Shown: positions 15,151 through 28,550 of the stretch, piece by piece
How positions within the stretch are numbered: position 1 is the stretch's first letter
How the letters are laid out: every line of letters starts with the position of its first letter
Assembly (NCBI RefSeq): GCF_009914755.1
Contig: NC_060925.1
Source of the DNA: the human T2T-CHM13v2.0 reference genome, Homo sapiens
DNA length: 64,000 nt
Reading direction: 5' to 3' (one strand)
Translations under genes and position numbers: made by a program
The notes under the pieces: generated by a model
Databases searched by the model: none
What the model was told of the DNA's origin: nothing
The model's input: only the letters and a program-made list of their open reading frames with translations

Positions 15151-18058
15151 TGCTAAAAGACCTGGTAGACAAGAAGGAATTTCTTAGCCTAAATGACCAG
15201 ATGTGGAGAAGATACTCAAACACTTCAGGGTCCCCGATCTGGTGATGTCACTTGCAGTGGAATTTCATATGAATCCAGTGTGACAGAAGTTGCCTAGTCA
15301 AGTTGTAAGTCCTCTTCTCTGGGTCACATGTTCAAATACTTTTAGGAGACAGATAATGCAATATTTAAGATACAGGAAGTGATGAAGACTGTGGCACACT
15401 GGAGAGTTTGGACTCCAAGAGTAATTAATTCAGTTGAAAAAATCAACAGCACTCTGTTGATCAAGCAAACTTTCTAGGGGCCCTAATCCACCTGGGCCTG
15501 CAGTATGTAATTCCATAACTCATGGGATGCCATCAAGAGAGACAATCTACTTGATTGCTAAAGGGCCTTTGTTTTCTTTGGAGTTCCCCAGGAAGGAGAA
15601 ATGTATGTGTGTGCAGGGGTGAGGAGGGGGGAGAGTGAAGAAACAATACTATCCCCTTAAAAAGGTTTGTCAGTTTTCATTATGAAAGAAGACCAAACGT
15701 GCCCACTCCAGAAATCTTGGCATATGCAGTTATTTTGAAGCCATTCAGCGTTCTTCAAGATGTCACAATGAAAAGAGTGATGGTTTTTTAAATAAAAAAT
15801 TAACATGTTTCTCTTGGCAATGGGACTTTCTCACCATACTTTTAAGTTACATCACTTATTATATATTCAAAATACTGATTTTTTAAAAGTATGTTCCTTG
15901 GAGCCCTGGGAACCTGCCTCAGGAGCTGAGGTGGCTGTGGGGAGGGAGTATGAAGGGAGCTGAATGAGTTAGTGAGAATCTGGGTCTTCATATCTTTTTT
16001 AAAATTGTGGCTGCTTTTTTCTGTTCTGTATAACAACTCTTTTTGAAAACAGTTTCATTGTTGAGTTTTAAAACCACTGACCTAAAATAACCACCAATTT
16101 AACGTAAGTATAACTTCATTGAGTTTTTTTGTATTAAAAAAATTAAACTCCATTTTCTTCATGGATTAAGGTGATCCTACTAGGATATTTATTAAGCGTT
16201 GTCTCTGCTGTTCTTTTTGCTTGCCTTGCTTTATCCCGTGTTTCCAAAAAATACAAATAGGTATTTTGTCAGCTATTTTACATTTTATAGCAGGGAAATC
16301 AGAGGCTTGGGTGATTTAAGTAAGTTACAGTTAGTAAGAGCCATAGGATACATTTCGGTGTAAGTCAATGTTTATGTAAGGCTTAAGAGACATTGGTTGA
16401 ATTGGCATGACTAGAATAGTTGAGAATGTTTGGGAATGGGGAGAGATTGCTAATGGGATGTCTGCCAGGGGCAATACTGAAAATCTACTGGTTGGCAAAG
16501 GTAGTGCCTGAGCCCAGTGCTAACCATAGTAGTTGGAAAATTGTGTACGTTGGCTGTGGAATCCTTATGCAAATATTTGTCCAATCCATCTAAATTTCTC
16601 TCTGCAGCATTTTTAAAAAGACATATAGCTGAAATTTTGTCAGTCCTAAAAATATTTTGTATTTCTCTGCCCAGATTTGCATTTGGGTAGATAGTGCTGT
16701 AGAAGATATATCTTGCTTTAAGATAGCTGCCACTGATTAGTTTAGTCTATTTTAATCAACTTATTGCCTTGTAATCTTTCCTTTTTCATTCTCTAAATTT
16801 CTGAAATTCTATCTTTCATGTTCCTCAGGAAAGACTAGTAAGACGTGTTTTTATTAATAAGACATTATCCTCATTTCACCATGACATAATTTGGGCTTTC
16901 TGTTCCAAGTTATCCTACTTGAATGCTGGACACTTCCACCTGAATATTTGTCATTTTCACCTCAACCCAGCACATCAAAACAATCCCTTATTACCTCTTT
17001 AAAAGAAGCTTCTCTCTCCAGCCTTTTCCTAGTCAGTATCACATCTTTTGAGCCAGGCATGGGGATTGCAGTTTCAGATTTCACCTCAAGTCTTCCTCTT
17101 CTGGTTCCTGAAGCTCCGGCAACCTCTGCTTTGAAACATTGTTGGCCTCTTCATCCCATCCCATGTCAATATTTAGCCCATGCCCTGTTGGCTTTGACTT
17201 AGCTCAATCACCTTAACCCAGTGTCTTAAAATTCTTGATTTTGAGTTTCTTATCCATCCAGTTTATTTACACCTGAACTCTTTAAGCATGAAATTAATCA
17301 TTCTTCTGTTCAGAAGCCTTCGAATGTGACCACAGCTTTTTCCATATAGACCTAAAACTTATATTCTTGGCCTTTGAGAGCTGCCTTCCCTACCCACTGA
17401 TATATGTTTCTCGTGCTTCCTAACACCTACATGCTTCTGTTTGCTTAGTGACCACCCCCCACCCACTCATCAGCAGTTTGTATTAATTTAGTGTAAAGCT
17501 GTGTAAAGTTTATTGATTGATAATATCTGTGTCAAGATCATGGTTTTTATTATAAAGAGCAGTTCATTGTGTTTTTTCCTTGCCCACGAATGGTATCTCT
17601 GTTCATTAGGATACATAATATTTTATGCGTAGGAGGATAGAGTGAGAATATGAGTAGAACAAAGTAAGAATGAGAGGAGAGAATAGTGAAATTTGAGGAT
17701 AGGATGAGAATGTGAATAGATTTATGTCCATCCATTACAAGATTAATAACCACAACGATAAAAGTCTTGAATGTTATTTATTTGCATATGAGTGATATTT
17801 CAGTTTGTGGCTGATACCCTTTTGGTATTAAATGGAAGATGACAAATCATTCAATATTAATTTTAGAGGGAGACATCTATTGAAACCTTTGTGCAGTCAG
17901 GTCAAGTTTCTGTGTACAAAAATTAGCAGAGAGGTTGCTGCTGGTTGACTTCCCCTAGGATGGTGTCTTTCTGAACATTTTGAAATGTAGATTGAAAAGG
18001 TGGATTTGTCAACTAATTCTGAAGTGCTGTAGTTATTTGTGTTTTCATCGTTTTATTG

Positions 18059-18369
18059 TTTATTTTATTTTTAAGATGGAGTTTTCGCTCTTGTTGCCCA
18101 GGCTGGAGTGCAGTTGTTGCGATCTTGGCTCACTGCAACCTCTGCCCCCCGGGTTCAAGCGATTCTCTCGTCTCAGTCTCTCAAGTAACTGGGATTACAG
18201 GCACACACCACCACGGCCAGCTAATTATTTTGTATTTTTAGTCGAGACGAGAACTCACCATATTGGCCAGGTTGGTCTCGAACTCACCATATTGGCCTCA
18301 GGTGATCCGCCCGCCTCGGCCTCCCAAAGTGTTGGGATTATGGGCGTGAGCCAGCCACGGTGCCCGGCC
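18059..18369 (-). mobile_element. AluS with an internal 18-nt duplication
   Basis: Full dimer; TSD GTTTTATTGTTT on both sides; GAACTCACCATATTGGCC occurs twice. Confidence 0.92.
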
Positions 18370-21357
18370 TGTTTTATTGTTTGAAAAACAAGTACAGGTT
18401 GTTATTATCCAAGAATTGTTGATAGAGTATATACTGTATTTGAAGTGTAGAACTGAGGCAGAGGCTGATTAATATAACTAGTTTACATTTGTTAGCCTTT
18501 CACATCTGTGAAGGAATAAAGTACAGACAAAAGTGGAAAACAAACCAGGAAAAAAAAAATTGTGAAGCACAGAGCTGCTTAAAAGAGTGATGTCACATTA
18601 AAAGAAAAAAGTCACAGAAATAAGTCAGTATTTTGTTTAGAGACTAGAACTCCAACTGCTAGCCAACTGCCTAGAATATAGTAAATATTTTCTAGTTTCT
18701 TAAATGACTAGTAATATTCCTACATTATGTGATGGCATTTCCCAAACTGTTTAATTAGATGTTAGATTTGTAGCCAAATATGTCTAGGAAATGCTTAAAC
18801 AATATAAAACAGTTTTAATGATTGGCTTTTTAGAACGTTATATATTAGTGTGCTTTATGCATATCCAAGAGGTGAGTGAGGTATTTGGGGTTTTTCAGAC
18901 TTACTTGATTACAGATCTGGAGTATCTCAAAACAGTTGTTTTGTGGAAAACACTTTGGCAAACTCTGAGTCTTAGTCATTAAAAATAGTTTTTGGGTAAA
19001 CAACAGTGTAATAGAAATGGAAATTACTGATTCACATTGAGCCATGAAGAATTTATTTTCAGCAATTTTTATAGAAGTTGCTTTATGACAAAGAAAGCTT
19101 TGGTTAACTGGCATTTGGCATTTCACACCCCTAAATTTTCTACATGAGGATTTATTTCTCTGGTTCTCTCACTTTCTCACTCAGTTATACTGAATTCATT
19201 TATGATGAGCGCTCTCAACCATTCTTATTCATCAAAGCCCTGAAGTTGGCAGAGCCCTCTCTGGTACCTGATTAGAAGTCCGTCTTCCGTCTCATAGGGA
19301 AGTGTTAGAGATGGATAATGTTTCTGTGTAGCAGAAGTAGTCATTATGTCCCCTTAAATTCGGTCACTTTGACTGCAGTAGAGCTTCTTAGTGAGCAGTC
19401 TGTGATGGAGTATACTTTCGGAGAAGCTCATGGTGGGGGAAACCTGGAATTTATCTAAATATTTCATTTCTTTGATAAATTACATTAAAAAATTAATAAG
19501 AGTATCTATTTGGTGAAATCATTTTCCTCCACGTGACCAAATGAGAAATTTAGTGAAAGATTTAAAATCATTTTTCAGACTTTTTCCACATTAGTTGGGA
19601 AGCAAACCCCTTTTTTAAGGCAATGTCAGTTATTAAGCTTTAGGGAACCACATGCCACTTTAGGTAACACATGATTGGAGAGATTGAAGAGTGAAGTCCC
19701 TGCTTTAAAGTGTACTCCTGTGGACACAGTAATACATATATTTAAAATGGTTCATGTTAAGAGTAGGTATATTTCTATCTAAATACTCTGTAGCTTTTGT
19801 GATTCAGGGAAATGAGTGGAGCCTCACAGGCACAAGAATCTAGTAAATTCTAGGTTTCTTGTGTGGAACTCAGTGGGCAAAATCTTAACTGAGTGAATTC
19901 TTGATTATTGGTATCACATTTATTAGTCTGTATGTATCTGTGTCATCGATCTCCTTAAGAAGAGACTCGTAGATATTGACTGGGAGACCCAAGCTGAATG
20001 CTAAAATCTGCTCCATGGATATAAGCTGATGCAGTCATCATTTCACATTAAAATGTACCACAGCTATATATGCAGCAAAAAAAAAAAAAGTTAGTCCCTC
20101 CAGCTGAAAAGCGGTCATTACTTTATTATCACCACAGAATTTGAAATGATTTCTGTAGTTAACAGTCAGATTTTATTTTTAGTTAACTAAGACAAAGTGA
20201 ATAATTCACTGTGAGCCAAATTCTTTCTTGATTCCTCTTTTTGGAGCAGTCCATCTTTATGGGAAAACCAGCCTAGAATGGTGATTTCAGTTTCAGGTGA
20301 TTTCGATAGAATTGTATTTGGCTCAGAAATGATAAGACTGGGGCCAAGAAAAATTTTAAACTTTTTTTTTTGTAATCATATTACTAGTTTGATTTCATAT
20401 GAACTTCCTTTGTTGACTTTCTTTGCCATTAATTTAAAAGTTCCAGTATCCTCAATATTTGATGTCTTATATGTACAGAATCCTTTCCAGCTGTAAGTCA
20501 TCAGCAAGTAAAAAATTTAGTATGGCAATAGTTTTCATAAGAGGTTTTTTAAAACAGAAAAATGTTGACATTGCCAGCCTCTGGGTTGCATTTTGGGATA
20601 TGCTACATTTCAAAGGTATCTTTTAAATCTGAAGGCAAAGACTTTTTCAACATCTGAATATTCTGATTTACAGAAATTAAAAAAAAAAACCCCGGAACAT
20701 TACACAGGCATATAAATTTGAATCAGGAAAATATAAAATTAGCTGATTATTTTTATTCAGTAAAAGTGCCTTGGCACAGAACTAAAATTGATAACTTATG
20801 GTTTTAGCATGTAGATAAGTACATGAGAGTAAATCACATTTCTATATGAATAGAAATATCCACTTTATTCATGTATAGATTATAAAACTATACTAAACAA
20901 AAAGTAATCATTTACTATTACAAAAATTATTAAGAACCATTACAAAAATTCTCTGCCTACTAATTTTCAATCACCATAGAAATACAGTATTTAATAATGC
21001 TGCTGCTGTACTTACATAAAACATATTAAGAATAGATGTTATATTTCTGTGTTTGAATATTGAGCTTAAACATAAAACATGTTTGAAATGTGTTTGTGTG
21101 TGTCTCTCACACACACACATAACATGTACATACCTGAAACTCATACTGCAATTGCAACACATCTTAAGTTTTTCCTTTTAAACATACCAAGATAACATTC
21201 TAAAATGAAGAATAATATCTATGTCTCTCTTCATACTACATATTATCTCTCTACGTATATACAATTGCTATAAACATATCTTTATATTTGATATATATAG
21301 GTACATATATATAGATAGATAAATATAGATATATGAGAGAGAAATGGAGATTAGAGA

Positions 21358-21587
21358 TCTATGTTTGCCATAAATCATACTTGTTAACATAAACCATCTG
21401 ATTAAACTGATATTTTGTGGCCCAAGACCTGAGACATGCAAAACTATTCTTAGCAGATAGAATTTTCTAAAAGCTGAGAGCTCATTCTCCAGGAGCTGGC
21501 CAAGGACCAGTCCTAAAGGCAGACCTTTCTTGGAAATGTGCAGAGTCTGGGCAAACAAGACCTGCTGAGTTAACCCTTTCCTATACA
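21358..21587 (-). mobile_element. MER77-like (ERVL) LTR 5' fragment
   Basis: Minus strand begins TGTATAGGAAAGGGTTAACTCAGCAGG...AGAAAGGTCTGCCTTTAGGACTGGTCCTTGGCCAGCTCCTGG, matching the recalled MER77 start. Confidence 0.7.
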
Positions 21588-21825
21588 TATGCAGACGGTA
21601 TTCAGCACAGGGCCTGACAGAAGGCAGTGTTTGTCATTATTATTCATAGCATTAGCCCATTTCTTGTTGTGAGCAACATGAACAAGGAGACTAAGGGGAA
21701 AAAAATGCCCTTTTTTAGGGTGACCACCCTAACTGATTTGAAAGTCTACAATTTTTTCAGTTTAAAATGGTATTTATTTGTAACATGTACTATTATTGAA
21801 TAACAATTTCTAATAAAAAAACTAC

Positions 21826-21903
21826 GCTAGTTTTCTGCCTATGGAGAAGTCACCTTTTTATTCTTTTACTTTCTTAATAAGCTTGCTTTCACTTAAAAAA
21901 AAA
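21826..21903 (+). mobile_element. Short MER41-like LTR fragment ending in poly(A)
   Basis: CTGCCTATGGAGAAGTCACCTTTTTATTCTTTTACTTTCTTAATAAGCTTGCTTTCACTT plus A9 resembles the MER41 poly(A)-signal region. Confidence 0.65.
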
Positions 21904-24900
21904 TCTACCCTACATATACACAAAAGTTAAAAAGCAGCAATAGTGTACATTGGTCAGTATAAATGCATGCAGTTTTCTTTTCTTCAGTGTACAAAGTCCA
22001 AGTCTAAACCTTTATAATTTTTAGAGTCTAGCGATTCTCCAGACTCCATACTTTTCGTTGTTATCAGATGCCAGCGTTAATTGCTTTTCCTTTCTTCTGT
22101 TTTGGGTTCCTGATCTTCATCTGTGTCTTTAAAACAGATTATTTTCTTTAGATTTGAAAGGTTGGGTTTTTGTCTTCATTTCTTATTTGTTTAGCCTTGT
22201 ATTTCCCTTTCTTTAATTGAATTGTGTTATTGAAAATTAAATAATTTCTCTGTGAAGTCAAAAATCCTGTTTCAGGGTGGGCTCTAGAGCCTTCCTCTTG
22301 GGCCATATCCTTAGAAAGCCTGTGTGTATTCTGATACATTTGGCAATTTCTACTGGCTTTTCTTGTATTGTCTGACCCCTTTTTATTTCAGCGGTGCATC
22401 CTGGTCTTACCCAACAGGCAAGTGGTGACTCCAGTGCAGGTGACGCAGAGGTGACACTAGAATGAAGTGAAATATTCTGTTGAGGGCTAAGTTCATGTTT
22501 TTGCTGACAGTGGTAGATAAATGTCATGGCTTCCCCCTGCATAGTGCTTAGGACATTTCTTTTGATATGTGTTTTAGAGAAAACATAAAACTTGTAATCA
22601 GGAAAATGCAATAACGGAAGAAATGCTTACTTGAGTAACTAATGTGAGTTAGGCAAAGAAGATACAAATACTTCCCATTTCCTACTTCTAAATTACAGTC
22701 AAATTGTCCTAAGCAAATCTCTCATTGTCTCCATGTAAAAGATATAGAGAAGCCGTTAGAAAAAGGTGGCTGGAACAACTTTATACATACAGCCTGAATG
22801 AACTGCCTCATCATTTATATGTTTGAGGAAAGTGTCTGTTTGATAATTTAAATTAAGTTTAAACTGTCATAAACGGAGAGCTGTACAGATTCTGTGGGAG
22901 AGGATACTGGGGTACCAGATACTCATTACTAGGCTCTCCACTCTGCCTTCTTCAATACTCTGGATCGGTGCCCTTTATTCATTTTTTTCACAACTTCCTC
23001 CCCTTTGCTCACATTCTTTACAAGCTTCCAGGATTTTTTAATTTTATTTTATTTCTTTCCACAATGACTCTCATGGCTGTTGCTATAGTTGCTATAAAAG
23101 GCAAGGTGGGGAACAGACAGGTGAATGAGCACAGAGGTCATTTGTAAACCGTTTGTGGTTAGTGCTCCTCTGTTTACTGTCTGTCTCTCTCAGTGTCTCT
23201 GGGTATGTGTCTGTTTACAACATAAAATATATGCACACAAATCTCCAATTTTTCTAGAGTAACTATTAACACAGTTAAAATCTGGAAGAACTCTATCTTT
23301 TAAAGGAAATACCAATTAGCAAATAAAACAGTTGATTCCCCCCAACTCTCATTCCCCAGAGCTTGCTTAAGTGTGTGGTTTGCACACATTCCCTAAATAA
23401 AAACATTGCTGGCTCATAACTATGCTTCACTTTCATAAGCCTTCCAAATGTTAGTAACTTAGCCTTCTCCTTTTGAAGGGTTAGTCTGTAAGTGATACTG
23501 GAAGCCATGTGGTAAGAAAGAGGACAGAAGTATAAAATCAGACTCAGAAAGTAAAATCTGGCATATTTGGCATAGATCCATTCAGCTTCGTATACTTTGT
23601 TAGGACCCGAGGGCATGCCTGATTTTCATAAAATCGATGCACTGTTATTAAAACAAACAGGTGAAAATCACTTTTGTTAAACTACTTGACAAGGCATCTG
23701 ACTACCTTAAGTGTGTTATAAATTTTGCAAGTGGTTAAAATTTTATGCTTATGAATTCAAAAGATAGACTTTAGTTAAATTAAAAACTAATTTATGTAGA
23801 TATTTTCCCTAATAATATAGCACAAATGGGTTTTATTTCCAACTGAAAAGAGTATTTATTACCATGGATATAACTAGAAGAATCATATAAATATATGTAA
23901 TTCCATTAGAAAATATTTTTCTTAAAATTTGAAATGACAAGAACTTAATGAATCTTAAATATCTCTTGTTTTATTTTGAAAAATTGTTTTCATAAGATAC
24001 AATTGAGCAATTGAGATTTGTTCTCCCAGTATCTGAAGATTTTTTTGGTCTTGTTTTGTTTTTTGGGTTTTTGGCCCTAAAATTAGGTGAATTCAGCTTT
24101 GGGTCTATTTCATCCATTCTGGAAGGTCCTTGGGTCACTGATCTGAGGCATTCTTGATGTGGTTAGGACTTCCCAGCATTATTTTTTTTAGATCCTGTTT
24201 ATTTAAAATGAAAAGGATTAGCATGAGGGATGGTAACATTCCTTTTTGATATCTGTAGCAGCAAGTTTTCTTATGATTCATTATTCTTCTTCTTACAGCT
24301 TTAAATCATCTAGGAACTTCATATAAAATTTAATTCCAGTTTCAACTAGTTGTGGAGCATTTGATCCAAAATAAAATGAAAGTCCTCTCTGAAGTTGTAG
24401 AGGAGACTCAAGAATCAGAACAACCTGAAGTTCTTTAAGCTGTCAGTTGAAGGACTAGGTAAAAAACAAATATCATTTAGTGTGATCATTAATGCACATG
24501 AGTCATTATTCCATGTGGTTGCTGTCGACTGGTCAGGGGCACTTCAAGCCCTAATCTGTACTTTGTCCTGTCTCTCTACACCCTGTTCTACTTTTTCAGC
24601 TTGTTGCCTGTAATATGTGAATGGAAATAAAATAATCAAGCTTGTTAGAATTGTGTTCATAACGACACAAAAGACCTGAGAGAATGTAAGAACATATAGA
24701 ACATCCAAAATAAGACATATTTTTGGTTGGTTTAAAACCTTTTTGTTTGTTTCATTTTCTTCTGTGCTTAATGTGTAGTTACTATTATTTCATATCCTTT
24801 GACTTACAGGTTTGACTACAATGCAGTGTGAATATCGCACATGGGACCATTTGTCATACTGTCAGATGGCAATACATAGATGGATAGAATTTTGCTGTTT

Positions 24901-27705
24901 GATCAAAGCTGTGCCATCGGAAACTTGTTTTCCCAAGTATGGGTACATTCTCCTCTTTTCCTGAGTGGAGAAACCTAGATCTGAGCAAAAAGCATGAATC
25001 AATACACCTTGGGAGGCAGGGTGTCAAATATTTGATGCCATTTCCTTTGCTTGTAAATTGTTCATTTCATTTGAATATAAATATAAAAGGACTTCTACCA
25101 AGAACATGAAACTAACATTTTGCCAAGCTAAATTTTAATGAATTTATTTGGACTTTTTTATAATCACTTAATATTTTCAGTTCATGTGCTAATATTTACT
25201 TACTGGAGAGAAAGAAATGGTATTCAATATGATAACTGCCTTGTTACTGCAGAAATGTAGAAGTTTGGCATTTTAAGTATCAAATATTTTAAGTCAAAAA
25301 ATTACCAGTGTCCCACAGCACAGAGAGAGAATATATGTTTGCTTGTGTCCTTTTAATCTTTCCCCTGTAAAATTAAGCCTAGGGGCCTTACACTATTTTA
25401 AATTTTCAAAATTAGGTCATGTAAATGTTGTGTCAGATTTCCAATTCATAAGTAGTATACTTATGAATACTGAATAGTGAACATAGGGTACATTTATATC
25501 CTACTGATTGCTTAGCTGTGGACCAGAGGTAAACAGAGAATGAATGGTATTTTCACAGGTTAGTAAACTGTTTTTCTATGATCTCTTATATACAAGTGTG
25601 ATGAACATTTTTTCCCCCTTCCTGAACTAATATAGGAACATATGGTCTAATAAGTGTGAGTTCATTTGGGGAGGGCAGGATAGAATGCTTGAAATTAGGA
25701 CTGACCCAAAAAATGCCTTGGTCTCAGTATTTGTGGATTACGAGGAGGAAGGGCTGAAAAGGAACCTTAAAAGCATTAGAATGGTAGAGTACAGATTAGC
25801 AGCAACACTCAGGGCTCCATCATGAAGAGAGTGAGATGAGTTCCCATGGTTAATGCAGCAGGGGCTCTAATTGAAAGCCCTCTACCTAGGAAATGATTTA
25901 AATCCTTTTATCCTAGCTGGATTGTGAACGTTTTATTTACTTTGAGGAAGTTGTTTAACCCTTTTTGTAGATTGCATCAATATTTAGAGTAATGTAAATA
26001 CATTTTCCCTTTGGCTATTTTACAAGGACATTGAGGATTAATTAAATTTAAAAGAAAGTAGTGCAGTTAACTCCCAGGAGACAGAGGGAGATGTTTATCA
26101 TTTTTCTCATCATTCATTCCTTATTCATTCATTTTACAAATGTTTGTTGAATAGTAATTATAATGAAGATACTATACCAGCTTCCTGAATTGGGAATACA
26201 AAGATGAAGGATGAGAGTGACTTCTGCCTTCATTATGTTATGTGTTCATATTTTCTTTTTAAAATTCTCATTATAATATGAGTAATTGTGCAGGGATTTA
26301 ATATTGCTGGTCTCAGCAATAGTTGATCTTTGATTAACATCTCACTGACACATATTTTCACTGTGTATATTTATTTTTCCTTTCTAAATTTAGAACTACT
26401 CTTTATCTTCTACTGTAAGAGATATACAACATACTTTTGTTTTTTTCTATGTTGTAATCAGTGCAGTTTTTTTAACCAAGAATAAACATAAGTTCTAATA
26501 GCAAACAGAAATAAACTCCCTACACATTACCTTCTCCATTAAAATATGTTTTATGCCACATGCAGAATTTTAATATTATAGTTATTTGTGAAAGTATAAC
26601 TAAATAGAAATTTTAAGAAAGAATGCCTCTAATATTCATATCTTAGCACTAAAGAAGCATATATTATTCTGCAGATTGAATTAAAATGTTAGTTACCAAG
26701 ATATGAACTTAGACATTTTCAGTAAGCATTTATAGGCTATTCTAGTAGAAAACTGTACACAATTTCCCATGAGGCTGGTGAAGGTTTCTTAGCTTAAGCG
26801 ACTTTTTAGCTGGTTCTTGGATTTTATTAAATAATATTTGAATGAACAGTTTTGACTAACAGCCTGAAAATATTAATCTTTCCTCTCAGTCTGAGCAAGC
26901 GAAAGTAGATAAATTCATATTGTATGTCTGATTCTCTTTGGGTTTGAAAAGAAATAAAGACTCTACTTCTAAATTAGCATAGAAAAAAGGAGAATTTCTC
27001 TTGATTTATTTCTCAGTTTGGGTTTGTGCTTTTGAAAAAGGAAAAGAATGATCCTGAAATCAGTAGGCTTTGTCTTTGCCAAAAAATGTGGACATGTTGA
27101 TCTTAGGGGGGCTGATTATATAAAACAGTAGAAATGTAGTCTTAGATGAAAATCTGTAAAGATGTAAGAATGCTGAACTAACATGAAAATCAGGGGCTGA
27201 GAAAATGCTGGATTGAGAATAATGTGCTAATGAAGGTTTTATATATATTCATATATTCTCTTCAACATACATAATGTCATAAAAAGGATAAAACGCCTAA
27301 GTCTAGTCTTGACAGAGCACCAGCTTAAATCACATGAGCCTATCAGAGAACTTATGACAATATTTAGGGCTAAACTGATGTTACTGGTGAACCAGTATCT
27401 GGAATGATTTCCATAACTCACTTAACTTGCACATTTATAATGTGGACTTTAAATAATAATTATCAGGATGGCTACTCTGAAGCCAGGAGCTTAGGAAGTG
27501 TCACAGATGGTATATATTTGTATTCCTGCCTCATGTCCCTTTCCCTGAAGTGGCGTGTGGAGTATGAGGGATTACGGTGTATTTGTAGGTGGTGTCCCTG
27601 AAAGGCTATCAGGGGACTTCTGGTTCTGCTTCAGTTCTGTTTTGTGAAGACGGTCAAGTGATTTAAGGTCTCTTGCTTCAGCCATCCCACTTAGAAAGCA
27701 GTTGC

Positions 27706-28550
27706 TTTATAGTCCTTTGGGTATATACCCAGTAATGGGATGGCTGGCTCAAATGGTATTTCTAGTTCTAGATCCCTGAGGAATCGCCACACTGACTTCC
27801 ACAATGGTTGAACTAGTTTACAGTCCCACCAACAGTGTAAAAGTGTTCCTATTTCTCCACATCCTCTCCAGAACCTGTTGTTTCCTGACTTTTTAATGAT
27901 TGCCATTCTAACCGGTGTGAGATGGTATCTCATTGTGGTTTTGATTTGCATTTCTCTGATGGCCAGTGATGATGAGCATTTTTTCATGTGTTTTTTGGCT
28001 GCATAAATGTCTTCTTTTGAGAAGTATATACCCAAAGGACTATAAATCATGCTGCTATAAAGACACATGCACACGTATGTTTATTGCGGCACTATTCACA
28101 ATAGCAAAGACTTGGAACCAACCCAAATGCCCAACAATGATAGACTGGATTAAGAAAATGTGGCACATATACCCCGTGGAATACTATGCAGCCATAAAAA
28201 ATGATGAGTTCATGTCCTTTGTAGGGACGTGGATGAAATTGGAAATCATTCTCAGTAAACTATCGCAAGAACAAAAAACCAAACACCACATATTCTCACT
28301 CATAGGTGGGAATTGAACAATGAGATCACATGGACACAGGAAGGGGAACATCACACTCTGGGGACTGTTGTGGGGTGGGGAGAGGGGGGAGGGATAGCAT
28401 TGGGAGATATACCTAATGCTAGATGATGAGTTAGTGGGTGCAACACACCAGCATGGCACATGTATACATATGTAACTAACCTGCACAATGTGCACATGTA
28501 CCCTAAAACTTAAAGTATAATAATAAAAGAAAAAAAAGAAAAAATAAATA
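27706..28550 (+). mobile_element. 5'-inverted (twin-primed) L1PA2-like insertion
   Basis: 27706-28025 is antisense ORF2; 28024-28550 is sense ORF2 end, 3'UTR and poly(A). GT microhomology at the inversion; about 22 nt of L1 is present in both parts; GAGATCACATGG and CACAATGTGCAC variants; GAG rather than Ta-type ACA. Confidence 0.95.

Noticed and set aside
9829-27705. The functional PARP8 gene itself
   Set aside because: It differs from the recalled protein (E8D, missing Lys), no later exons were found, and PDE4DIP exons follow within about 21 kb.
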